Of a stretch of 64,000 nt of DNA, positions 10,969 to 20,249 are shown in pieces. Origin of the DNA: Escherichia coli. GTDB taxonomy: Bacteria; Pseudomonadota; Gammaproteobacteria; Enterobacterales; Enterobacteriaceae. Location: the NCBI RefSeq assembly GCF_030013595.1, contig NZ_CP122768.1; one strand, given 5' to 3'. The position numbers and the translations under genes are program-made. Position 1 is the first letter of the stretch. Each line of letters starts with the position of its first letter. Under the pieces are notes generated by a model. The model had not been told where the DNA came from. It saw nothing but the letters and a program-made list of their open reading frames with translations, and did no database searches.

Positions 10969-12375
10969 TTACAGCCGTTCTTGAATAAGTTTGCCTAATT
11001 GTTTAACCGCCTGTTCTTCACGTTCTCCCCACTGCCACGCGGTATTAAAACGGAAAAAACGTGACCAGTTTTCACCGGTAGAAAACATTTTACCCGGCGC
11101 AATACTGATATGATGCGCCAGTGCCGCCAGGCTTAATTCGCCCGCATCTAACGGTTCGGGAAGCTCCAGCCAGAGAAAATAACCGCTGTCATTATGATGA
11201 ATTTTCACTTCCGCAGGCAGATAACGCAGCAGTGCTTGCCAGGCACGTTGTTTACGTTCCGCAAGCTGGCGACGCAGGCGACGAAGATGGGCGTCGTATC
11301 GGCGCGTGGAAAGGTAATCCACCAGAGCAAGCTGCATCGGTGAGCTGGTGGAAAGCGTACTCATCAACTGCAAGCGTTGAATTTTACGTGCATGTTTTCC
11401 GGCGGCGACCCAACCAATACGAAAACCAGGCACCAGACATTTCGAAAACGAAGAGCAATGCAAAACACCATCGTGGTGATCCCACGCTTTCGCAGGCAGC
11501 GGTTTTTCCCGTCCAAAATAAAGTTCGCTGTAAACGTCATCTTCAATCAGCGTTACGTTGTACTGATTGAGCAACGCTACCAGCCGCGCTTTTTTCTGCG
11601 GCGTTAAGGTAAATCCGAGTGGATTCTGGCTATTAGTCATCAGCCAGCACGCTTTCACTGGATACTCCTGCAACGCCAGTTCCAGCGCCTTGAGATCAAT
11701 CCCTTCTTTAACGTCCGTCGCCACCGATAACGCCTTCAGCCGTAACCGCTCCAGCGCCTGCAACGCGCCGTAGAAACAAGGATTCTCTACTATCACCCAA
11801 TCGCCCGGTTCAGTGACCGCTTGTAAACTGAGGTTTAATGCCTCTAACGCCCCGGCGGTAATGACAATTTCATCAGGAGAAATAGTGATGCCCTGTAAGG
11901 CATAGCGACGAGCAATAGCCTGACGCAGTTCTGCGTTTCCTGGCGGTAAGTTTTCAATCACGCTCATCGCCGTGGCGGTTTTGCTTACCTGCGCCAGCGA
12001 GCGGTTTAGTTGTTGGAGGGGGAAAAGTCGCGGGTCGGGAAAGGCCGAGGCAAACGGAACTACCGACGGATCGCGACTGGCCTGCAACATATCAAAAATA
12101 TAGGTGTTGATATCGACTGCTTCATCTCGAGTGACAGGAATGACTGGCGCTTTCGGCATTTTTATTGCCTGTGGCGCAACGTAATAACCCGACTGCGGTC
12201 GAGCGATAATATGTCCCTGACTTTCGAGCAACTGATAGGCATGGCTGACAGTCATAAAGCTCATGCCAGAAAGCGCCACCTGGTCACGCAACGAAGGCAA
12301 ACGATCGCCAGGTTGCCAGATACCCGACGCAATCTGCTCGCGTAATTGTTCTGCAAGCTGCTGGTATTTTTTCAT
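10969..12375 (-). CDS. ydcR: MocR/GntR-family regulator with fused aminotransferase domain YdcR
   Basis: 468 aa; N-terminal wHTH plus PLP-aminotransferase-like domain. Confidence 0.85.
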   Translation of the reverse strand: MKKYQQLAEQLREQIASGIWQPGDRLPSLRDQVALSGMSFMTVSHAYQLLESQGHIIARPQSGYYVAPQAIKMPKAPVIPVTRDEAVDINTYIFDMLQASRDPSVVPFASAFPDPRLFPLQQLNRSLAQVSKTATAMSVIENLPPGNAELRQAIARRYALQGITISPDEIVITAGALEALNLSLQAVTEPGDWVIVENPCFYGALQALERLRLKALSVATDVKEGIDLKALELALQEYPVKACWLMTNSQNPLGFTLTPQKKARLVALLNQYNVTLIEDDVYSELYFGREKPLPAKAWDHHDGVLHCSSFSKCLVPGFRIGWVAAGKHARKIQRLQLMSTLSTSSPMQLALVDYLSTRRYDAHLRRLRRQLAERKQRAWQALLRYLPAEVKIHHNDSGYFLWLELPEPLDAGELSLAALAHHISIAPGKMFSTGENWSRFFRFNTAWQWGEREEQAVKQLGKLIQERL

Positions 12376-12453
12376 TATCGAATCGTAATTATGTGCAGAT
12401 GATTCGGCAGTCTATATCAGTTGTTAAAAATGACAACTTTTCGTTAACTGTAA

Positions 12454-12567
<114 letters not shown>

Positions 12568-12609
12568 CCCTAATATAATGCCCCCACAATAACACGAGGG
12601 GGTACAACA

Positions 12610-12996
12610 ATGTTCAATATCATGATTCGTAAATTTGGCGAGATGACTTTCGAGAAAGCTGGTGTTGCTCGTACCGAAGAAGAAGCAATGGCCTTAGTTC
12701 TGGTAGCACTGAGATCATCACCTGAGATTATCGACGCTGAATATGTAGCTGCTGAGGGTGAGATTAAAGAGATTAAAGCGGTGGCTAAGGAATTAGGTGT
12801 TAAAGGTTTCCGTAAGCTGAGATTGAATCGTGAGACTTATGTAATTGGACAGCAAGGACAATACCTAGATGAGAATACCGTGATTGTTCTACTGAATAAG
12901 ATTACCCGCTACGGTTGGAAGATTGAGCAATATAAAACGTGTTTCGAATTATACGAAAAAGGTTTGCTGGATACTCTGACCATCGTTCGCGCTTAA
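12610..12996 (+). CDS. hypothetical protein (prophage attL-proximal)
   Basis: 128 aa ORF with RBS GAGGGGG upstream; no recognisable family. Confidence 0.5.
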   Translation: MFNIMIRKFGEMTFEKAGVARTEEEAMALVLVALRSSPEIIDAEYVAAEGEIKEIKAVAKELGVKGFRKLRLNRETYVIGQQGQYLDENTVIVLLNKITRYGWKIEQYKTCFELYEKGLLDTLTIVRA

Positions 12997-13304
12997 TTAA
13001 TTTCTAATTTGGTGGGTGTAATTCCCACCGCTTTTTAAACTGGAGAATCAAACATGTTAGCTTTTATCTCATTCGTGGGAGGTAGTCTCACAACTATGAT
13101 TAGTCTTTCTTATCTTGTCGTTAGTATGGGGTGAGCAATGAAACAATTTCATGATGGCATTTCATCTAAGACATTCAAGAAAGAATATAGCGGATTGTGT
13201 ATTAACTGGATTGATTTGATTGGTGCGGTTGTGTTTGGTCTGGTAATTAGCATCAATTTTTAACGATATAAATATATCGTAATTCATTCAAAGAGGATTC
13301 AATT

Positions 13305-13646
13305 ATGAAAAAGACTATCTACGCAATTATTGTTTCTGTGTGTGTTGGTGGCATCGGTGGATTTGTTTGTGGGTATGACTATTCCGATACTCAACATCAA
13401 GAGACTATCCGGTCAAATAAGGCCGAGATTAAGGATCTGAATCAGGAGATTAGCCAGTTAGAAAATGCTCTCTCACTCAAAGACAGTGAATATAGCGAGG
13501 TTTATGCAGATAAACAAAAATATTGGAAAGAGAAAGATAATCTCGTTGTTTACGGGATGAAATTGTGTAAGAGCATGAAGGACGAGCGCAGTTGTTTAAT
13601 GGAACTTGCCCTTAAAGGTAACGTGACCATCGACTTCAAAGACTAA
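13305..13646 (+). CDS. membrane-anchored coiled-coil protein (moron-like)
   Basis: 113 aa; N-terminal hydrophobic anchor IYAIIVSVCVGGIGGFVCG then coiled-coil; RBS AAGAGGATTC. Confidence 0.5.
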   Translation: MKKTIYAIIVSVCVGGIGGFVCGYDYSDTQHQETIRSNKAEIKDLNQEISQLENALSLKDSEYSEVYADKQKYWKEKDNLVVYGMKLCKSMKDERSCLMELALKGNVTIDFKD

Positions 13647-13675
13647 TTAATTCAAATAACAAAGAGGATTCTATT

Positions 13676-13921
13676 ATGAAAAAGATTATCGCTGGTATCG
13701 TTCTTGCTCTGGGTTTGGTTGGTGCTGCAAATGCCGAACAATATGTACAGGGTGATAGTGTCAAGCGTGCTGCCGTTGCACCTTCTTTAAATCAACTGTG
13801 TACTGAATTAGCACAGGTTGCCGGAGTTGGTGACGATGACGACTTTATTACTGCGTGTGTGTGGAGTCATATCGAGGATATTAATAAACGTGATGCAAAA
13901 CTAACTGGAAAGAAATATTAA
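13676..13921 (+). CDS. small secreted protein (moron-like)
   Basis: 81 aa; Sec signal peptide MKKIIAGIVLALGLVGAANA with AxA cleavage site; two Cys in mature part; RBS nearly identical to that of the preceding gene. Confidence 0.55.
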   Translation: MKKIIAGIVLALGLVGAANAEQYVQGDSVKRAAVAPSLNQLCTELAQVAGVGDDDDFITACVWSHIEDINKRDAKLTGKKY

Positions 13922-13971
13922 TGACTTACTAACCAATGCCCCTATCGTTATAATACACGGTAGGGGCGTTT

Positions 13972-15666
13972 TTGTTTGGAAATGGTATGAAAACTAAACT
14001 ATATTCGTATATTCGCTTCTCGTCTATGCGTCAGAATGATGGTTCGAGTTATGAACGGCAAATCAGGATGGCGAGAGAGGTTGCGGCAAAGTATGACCTT
14101 GAACTGGTAAATGATTATCAGGATCTGGGTGTATCTGCGTTTAAGGGTGCTAACTCTAAAACAGGGGCGCTATCTCGTTTCCTTGATGCAATTGGTAGAT
14201 CCGTTCCTGTTGGTAGCTGGCTATTCATTGAAAACTTGGACCGCTTATCCCGTGCCGATATTGTCAGTGCGCAGGAGTTATTCCTTTCAATCATCCGTAG
14301 GGGAATAACCATTGTTACTGGCATGGATAACAAGATCTACTCGCTGGATACTGTTACCGCTAATCCGATGGACCTGATGTTCTCCATCCTTCTATTCATC
14401 CGTGGTAATGAGGAAAGTCAGACTAAGCGCAATCGTACTAACTCAAGCGCATTGATTAAGATTAAAGCTCATCAAGAAAATCCCCAGAATCCGGCAGTGG
14501 CAATCGAGGAAGTTGGAAAGAATATGTGGTGGACTGATACCACATCTGGTTATGTGCTTCCTCATCCGGTCTTCTTCCCTATTGTTCAGGAAGTTGTGGA
14601 ATTACGCAGGAATGGACGGTCAACCGCCGAGATACTGGATCACCTTAACGCGACATACACACCACCACCAGCCGCAAGTCACAAGAGGCATTCAAACTGG
14701 TCACGGGCAATGATTGAAAGGTTGTTCCATACCCGCGCTTTGATTGGTATCAAGGAAATCTCTGTAGATGGCGTTAAGTATGAGTTAAAGGATTATTATC
14801 CTCGTGTGCTAGATGACGCTGAGTTTTATCACCTTAAGAAAAGCATTGGTGTTAGAGCATGTAACTATGGAGACAAGGAAGAAGTTAAACCGATCCCCCT
14901 GCTTAGTGGTGTTAATCTGCTGAAATGTGATCATTGCGGTTCCGCTATGGTTAAGGTGAAAGGAACAAACAGACGGCCTAACCAATATCGTTATTCATGC
15001 GATGCAATGCGCTCTAGTCGTATTGAATGTGTGCATACAAACTGGAGTTTTCGCGGCGACCAATTAGAGAAAGCTGTATTGCAATTGCTGGCTGATAAAA
15101 TCTGGATTGCTGAAGATAAGGCTAATCCGGTTCCGGCTTTGAAAGTACAGATTGATGAAATATCACGCAAGATTGATAACCTGATTGCCCTTTCTGCTAT
15201 GACAGGAGCAACGAAGGAGCTAGCCGATCAGATTACTACCCTCAATAGCGAGCGTGAAACACTCTACAATCAGATCAAGATGGCAGAAGAGGAAATGTAT
15301 TCTGTGGACTCTCAAGGCTGGGAGAAGCTCGCAGAATTTGATTTAGAAGATGTTTACAACGAGGATCGCATTAAGGTCCGGTTTAAGATTAAGCAAGCTC
15401 TAAAACGGATCGGGTGTAGCAGGATTGACAAGTACAAAAACTTGTTTGTACTGGAATACATCGATGGCAAGACCCAGAGAGTTGTAATAGAAAATTCAAG
15501 AGGACCGAGGAAAGGCCGGATCTTCGTTGATTTGAAGACTATCAATGATAGGCAGATTCTGGAGAGTAACGGGCTTGTTCTGCATCCATGTTTAGACATG
15601 CTGACAGATAAGAACTGGAAACCAGAAGAGGAAATACCAGGTCCATTACAGGAATTTGGAATTTAA
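13972..15666 (+). CDS. large serine recombinase (putative prophage integrase)
   Basis: 564 aa; resolvase-type catalytic motif YIRFSSMRQ at N-terminus, Cys-rich zinc-ribbon segment CDHCGS...YRYSCDAMRSSRIEC and coiled-coil, typical of large serine integrases. Confidence 0.8.
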   Translation: MFGNGMKTKLYSYIRFSSMRQNDGSSYERQIRMAREVAAKYDLELVNDYQDLGVSAFKGANSKTGALSRFLDAIGRSVPVGSWLFIENLDRLSRADIVSAQELFLSIIRRGITIVTGMDNKIYSLDTVTANPMDLMFSILLFIRGNEESQTKRNRTNSSALIKIKAHQENPQNPAVAIEEVGKNMWWTDTTSGYVLPHPVFFPIVQEVVELRRNGRSTAEILDHLNATYTPPPAASHKRHSNWSRAMIERLFHTRALIGIKEISVDGVKYELKDYYPRVLDDAEFYHLKKSIGVRACNYGDKEEVKPIPLLSGVNLLKCDHCGSAMVKVKGTNRRPNQYRYSCDAMRSSRIECVHTNWSFRGDQLEKAVLQLLADKIWIAEDKANPVPALKVQIDEISRKIDNLIALSAMTGATKELADQITTLNSERETLYNQIKMAEEEMYSVDSQGWEKLAEFDLEDVYNEDRIKVRFKIKQALKRIGCSRIDKYKNLFVLEYIDGKTQRVVIENSRGPRKGRIFVDLKTINDRQILESNGLVLHPCLDMLTDKNWKPEEEIPGPLQEFGI

Positions 15667-15942
15667 GCGGCCTAAATCGACGTATAACGAGCTAAAACAG
15701 TTAAGGGGTACAGATGTACCCCTTTTTAATTTAATTGCGTTAGGCAGCGTAAGCAAGTTTCATAGTAGTTTCCTCTAAAATAATAAGTTCACTACTATTT
15801 ATCAGAGAAAATTGTCTTACTATTGCATTCTCTATCTGGATGTGGGTATAGGCGGGATTGAATACGGCAAAACTGAAACATTCCACTACTGCAATAAATC
15901 ACTAAACAATATAAAGAATATTGCAAGTGTGGAGTGGAACTA

Positions 15943-16254
15943 ATGCAAGATATTAAAATTCATTTTCAAGATTACAGTTTCGTTAAGGTTGATTGCTCTC
16001 CTTCTATCGGAATGGAATTAAGAGATTATTTCTCGTTTGAGGTTGAAGGGGCTAGGTTTAGCCCCCGTTACAAGTATTCTGGCTGGGATGGACGAATAAG
16101 ACTGTTTACGCATGAAAACACCCTACCAATTGGACTATTAAAAACGTTGGGTGTCTTCGTTAAAAATATGGGCTATTCAGTCTGGATTGACCCCAGATTG
16201 CTTGAGAAGGAAGATGTAACCAAAGACGCGATTAATGAATGGATTGATTCCTTA
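15943..16254 (+). pseudogene. UvsW-like SF2 helicase, N-terminal fragment (interrupted by IS1)
   Basis: MQDIKIHFQDYSFVKVDC... runs in frame into the IS1 left end; the frame continues on the other side of IS1. Confidence 0.7.
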
Positions 16255-16309
16255 GGTGATGCTGCCAACTTACTGATTTAGTGTATGATGGTGTTTTTGA
16301 GGTGCTCCA

Positions 16310-16585
16310 GTGGCTTCTGTTTCTATCAGCTGTCCCTCCTGTTCAGCTACTGACGGGGTGGTGCGTAACGGCAAAAGCACCGCCGGACATCAGCGCTATC
16401 TCTGCTCTCACTGCCGTAAAACATGGCAACTACAGTTCACTTACGCCGCCTCTCAGCCCGGTACGCACCAGAAAATCATTGATATGGCCATGAATGGCGT
16501 CGGATGTCGCGCCAGTGCACGCATTATTGGCGTTGGCCTCAACACGATTTTCCGCCACTTAAAAAACTCAGGCCGCAGTCGGTAA
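16310..16585 (+). CDS. insA: IS1 InsA
   Basis: 91 aa [43 protein letters not shown]..., zinc finger plus HTH. Confidence 0.9.
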   Translation: MASVSISCPSCSATDGVVRNGKSTAGHQRYLCSHCRKTWQLQFTYAASQPGTHQKIIDMAMNGVGCRASARIIGVGLNTIFRHLKNSGRSR

Positions 16586-17007
16586 CCTCGCGCATACAAC
16601 CGGGCAGTGATGTGATTGTCTGCGCTGAAATGGACGAACAGTGGGGCTACGTCGGTGCTAAATCACGTCAGCGCTGGCTGTTTTACGCGTATGACAGGAT
16701 GCGGAGGACGGTTGTGGCGCACGTCTTCGGTGAACGCACTCTGGCCACACTGGAGCGTCTTCTGAGCCTGCTGTCGGCCTTTGAGGTCGTGGTATGGATG
16801 ACGGATGGCTGGCCGCTGTATGAATCACGCCTGAAGGGAAAGCTGCACGTTATCAGCAAGCGTTATACTCAGCGCATTGAGCGGCATAACCTGAATCTGA
16901 GACAACATCTGGCAAGGCTGGGACGGAAGTCACTGTCGTTCTCAAAATCGGTGGAGCTGCATGACAAGGTCATCGGGCATTATCTGAACATAAAACACTA
17001 TCAGTAA
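16504..17007 (+). CDS. insB: IS1 InsB reading frame (expressed as InsAB' by -1 frameshift)
   Basis: 167 aa frame overlapping insA 3' end; DDE transposase core. Confidence 0.85.
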   Translation: MSRQCTHYWRWPQHDFPPLKKLRPQSVTSRIQPGSDVIVCAEMDEQWGYVGAKSRQRWLFYAYDRMRRTVVAHVFGERTLATLERLLSLLSAFEVVVWMTDGWPLYESRLKGKLHVISKRYTQRIERHNLNLRQHLARLGRKSLSFSKSVELHDKVIGHYLNIKHYQ

Positions 17008-17022
17008 GTTGGAGTCATTACC

Positions 17023-18210
17023 GATTCCTTAGAAGTGTATTCCGGTAGCAATAAAATCAATCCTTATTGGTATCAAAGGGAGGCAGTCTTTCAGGGTATC
17101 CACAATCGCCGTAGAATGCTGGTTCTTCCTACCAGTGCCGGAAAGTCATTGATTGCTTGTATGCTGTCTCGTTGGTACTTAGAGAACTACACCGGAAAAG
17201 TGTTAATCATTGTTCCGACTACATCGCTAGTGGTTCAAATGAGGGATGATTTCATCGATTATAGGCTATTCCCTTATGAAGCAATTCATACAATGATGAG
17301 TGGTAGCGGGAAACATCCGGGAGACAGGTTAATCACGGTTAGTACCTGGCAATCAGCTTGCAAGATGCCTCCTGAATGGTTCCGACAATATGGAATGTTG
17401 ATAGTTGATGAATCGCATAAGGCTAGTGCCAAAAATATTACCAATATCATCAATGGAATGAATCATTGCCAATTTAAGATCGGCATGACTGGTTCCCCGA
17501 AAGAATCAAAGTGCCATTTAATGCAGTATGTCGGGCTTTTCGGTGATATTTCTAAGATCGTGAGTATTGACCGCCTGATGGAAGAAGGGCAGGTGACAAA
17601 ACTGAAAATTAACTGTCTTTTCCTTCGTTATACAGATGAGGAATGTAGCGCGGTTAAGGGGCGAGAATATGCGGAAGAGATCAAGTATATTACGTCTAAC
17701 CCACGACGAAATAAGTTTGCTTGTAATTTGGCGCTAAAACTAGCTAAGAAGGGCGAAAACGTATTCCTGATGTTCCGCAATACTAAGCACGGAAAACTTA
17801 TGTATGATGCGTTACAGAAGGTACACGACAAGGTTTATTATATTGACGGTGGAGTTAAGACAGAAGAACGTGATGAATTTAAGAAAATGGCGGAGGGTGA
17901 CACCGGGATCATTTGCGTTGCATCCTATGGTGTGTTCTCTACTGGTGTTTCAATTAAGAATTTGCATCATGTTATTTTCGGTCATCCAGTGAAGGAATCA
18001 ACTATCGTTCGTCAGAGTATCGGTCGTGCATTGCGTAAACATGGTTCTAAGGATATTGCAACGGTCTGGGATCTTATAGATCATCTGTGTATATTCGGTC
18101 GTAACGGAAAAGTCAAGCATAAAAATTATGCGGTAAAACATGCACTTGAGAGAATCCGCTATTATCTAACCGACAAGTTCAGCTATGCAACTAAAACAAT
18201 TGCTATATAA
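17023..18210 (+). pseudogene. UvsW-like SF2 helicase, C-terminal fragment
   Basis: Walker A LVLPTSAGKSL, DExH box IVDESHKA, helicase C-terminal motifs VASYGVFSTGVSIKNLHHVIFG and GRALRKHGSKDIATVWDL; in frame with the N-fragment across the IS1 target duplication. Confidence 0.7.
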
Positions 18211-18211
18211 C

Positions 18212-18240
18212 AAAAAAGCGCCCACTAGAGGCGCTTTAAT
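18212..18240. terminator. bidirectional rho-independent terminator between convergent helicase and lysis/structural operons
   Basis: stem AGCGCC/GGCGCT with 7-nt loop, A-run upstream and T-rich tract downstream. Confidence 0.45.
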
Positions 18241-18241
18241 T

Positions 18242-18595
18242 TTATCCATTCCATCGTGATTTTTTCGATCTGGAATCGATATGCGTAAAGGTTTTATATT
18301 TGCCTAAGCCGTATTGAGTAGGATATTTCCCATCAAGATAAGCATGGACAATATCAGGGGAGACACCCTTGATCACAATGTCAGCCGCACGGCCTCGAAC
18401 GTGATAGCTGTTGGTTGCACCGCCTACATTCTTGTTATGAGTCGGGCAACGGTTGCCACTGTTAATAATCACTGGTTTACCGAAGTGCTCTCGTACATCC
18501 TCAAGAATTACCAGTAATTCAGCGTCGATTGTATCATAATCACATTTTCCGCATTTACATTTAAATTCCTTGCGAGAAAAATGCTTACTTAACAT
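18242..18595 (-). CDS. endolysin, peptidase M15 family (L-alanyl-D-glutamate peptidase type)
   Basis: 117 aa; zinc-binding signature SYHVRGRAADI ... FTHID typical of VanY/M15 phage endolysins. Confidence 0.75.
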   Translation of the reverse strand: MLSKHFSRKEFKCKCGKCDYDTIDAELLVILEDVREHFGKPVIINSGNRCPTHNKNVGGATNSYHVRGRAADIVIKGVSPDIVHAYLDGKYPTQYGLGKYKTFTHIDSRSKKSRWNG

Positions 18596-18604
18596 ATTAC
18601 CCCC

Positions 18605-18952
18605 TTAGATCATTTCGAAGATATAACCAATAAAGCGCATACCCTTGATATAATAAGGAGCAGTGCCTACACACACCGCGCGTGCATCGCCCAGACAGTT
18701 AAAGCTATAAGGATTAACTACATCGACTTCTTGCCCTACACGAAAACGATATTTAGGACGTTTAGCCAATGTAGCGACACAAAACACGGTCCCTTTTTCA
18801 TGATCGCGGATACATTCTTTATATTGTTTATGTTTAACTCTCTTCGCCTCAAAATCATGTGTCATGGATTCTGGGCTAATGCCATTGATAAAAATACCGG
18901 AAAGCTGGTCGACCGGATAAGTAGGAAATTCAGTAAAAATATTTTTAGCCAT
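18605..18952 (-). CDS. hypothetical protein (lysis cassette)
   Basis: 115 aa ORF tightly packed between endolysin and next gene. Confidence 0.45.
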   Translation of the reverse strand: MAKNIFTEFPTYPVDQLSGIFINGISPESMTHDFEAKRVKHKQYKECIRDHEKGTVFCVATLAKRPKYRFRVGQEVDVVNPYSFNCLGDARAVCVGTAPYYIKGMRFIGYIFEMI

Positions 18953-18990
18953 GTTATACCCCCATAAGATTCTATGAGGGTATTTATTGA

Positions 18991-19674
18991 TTAAACGTAT
19001 TTCATGCGCGATTTAATGTGCTTATTGATGTTTTCAAGCATCATTGCTTCGTTGCTTTCCCACGATCCTAGCGTCGAATAACGAGTAGAAATTTTATCCG
19101 ACTTAACGGCAACAATTCGCTTACTCTGTTTCTGTATGCGTTTCTCTAAGCGACGTTTTGCCACCGCCGATCCATTCTTAGCGCGTTTGGTTCGGGATTT
19201 CTTAGGCTTGTACTTCTTCATGATAAAAGTCCCTTCCTGGTTCTCTACCTTGATGAAGTTGCCATTTTCGATGTTACGCATCATCTTACCGCCTTTGATG
19301 GCCTTAATGTTCCCGTGGGCGTCTAAGACCTTACCGTTGGCAATTGGCACTAGCTTATTGATTTTGCCACCATCGAAATAGTGTTTCAGATAGTCATCCT
19401 GACTGCCGATCTTCTTGTCCTTATCCCTTGCGCCCTTGATGAAGATTTGGTGTCTCGTCCCTGAACGGTTCTTGTAGTTGGTATTACCTACAGCTTGTTG
19501 AGTCCAGCGAGTAGGTCTATCAACATTCTTGTTAATCTTCTTCTGGAGTGCTCTGGAAGCAAAGATCGCCCCTTCCCCTATCGCCTTTTCGAATGTATCG
19601 GTTGCTTTATCAGACCATTGGCGTAACGCTTTCTTAGTCCTTAGAGCGTTTCGTTTATTGGTACTGGTTGCCAT
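18991..19674 (-). CDS. hypothetical highly basic protein
   Basis: 227 aa, Lys/Arg-rich throughout. Confidence 0.45.
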   Translation of the reverse strand: MATSTNKRNALRTKKALRQWSDKATDTFEKAIGEGAIFASRALQKKINKNVDRPTRWTQQAVGNTNYKNRSGTRHQIFIKGARDKDKKIGSQDDYLKHYFDGGKINKLVPIANGKVLDAHGNIKAIKGGKMMRNIENGNFIKVENQEGTFIMKKYKPKKSRTKRAKNGSAVAKRRLEKRIQKQSKRIVAVKSDKISTRYSTLGSWESNEAMMLENINKHIKSRMKYV

Positions 19675-19675
19675 G

Positions 19676-19846
19676 TTAGCCCCCTAATAACGAAAAGACC
19701 CCCGCCAGTGTCCTTAGCAATTGTTCATCCACGGTCATAGCCGGGAGTTCAAGCCCAAAGGACGTTAGCAGAGGTCTAATTGCTACGTTATAAGTGAGGG
19801 CGACAATCAAGAGATAACCAAAATATTTCTTAAGTTTATTCTTCAT
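19676..19846 (-). CDS. small transmembrane protein (holin/spanin-like candidate)
   Basis: ORF 19676..19918 trimmed to MKNKLKK...; hydrophobic segment YFGYLLIVALTYNVAI; start codon choice uncertain. Confidence 0.35.
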   Translation of the reverse strand: MKNKLKKYFGYLLIVALTYNVAIRPLLTSFGLELPAMTVDEQLLRTLAGVFSLLGG

Positions 19847-19865
19847 ATATTCACCCCTTTTATTA

Positions 19866-20144
19866 TTATTTTTGTCTGAGTAAATCGATAACTTGGTCAA
19901 ATTTAGCGTCCATCGCAACCACTTTCTTTTCTATACCGTGAAGGGTTTGTTCCATGCGATAAACTCTCTCGGCGATCTGGTCGTGGTTATTCTGCATTGT
20001 TTCAAACTTCTGATTAAACAATGCATCATTGGACTCTAATTTCGACAATCTATTTTCTGTGGCTAATTGATTTCGGTGAAGTCTCCATAATCCACCACAA
20101 ATTAAGGCGATAACACCGATACCGCCATATATAATTTCAGTCAT
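19866..20144 (-). CDS. membrane-anchored coiled-coil protein (holin or i-spanin candidate)
   Basis: 92 aa; N-terminal TM IIYGGIGVIALICGGLW followed by coiled-coil. Confidence 0.4.
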   Translation of the reverse strand: MTEIIYGGIGVIALICGGLWRLHRNQLATENRLSKLESNDALFNQKFETMQNNHDQIAERVYRMEQTLHGIEKKVVAMDAKFDQVIDLLRQK

Positions 20145-20249
20145 TACGCCCCCGATATTTTTATATAGTTTAATGGCAAAATTATTTAGATAAAAATAAT
20201 CCCGCCTAACTCAAAAGAATTAAGCGGGATTTATTATTAAAATTAAATT

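Larger units (their letters stand above)
16255..17022 (+). mobile_element. IS1 insertion sequence (768 bp)
   Basis: ends GGTGATGCTGCCAACTTACTGAT ... ATCAGTAAGTTGGAGTCATTACC; encodes InsA and InsB; flanked by 9-bp direct repeat GATTCCTTA (16246..16254 and 17023..17031). Confidence 0.92.
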
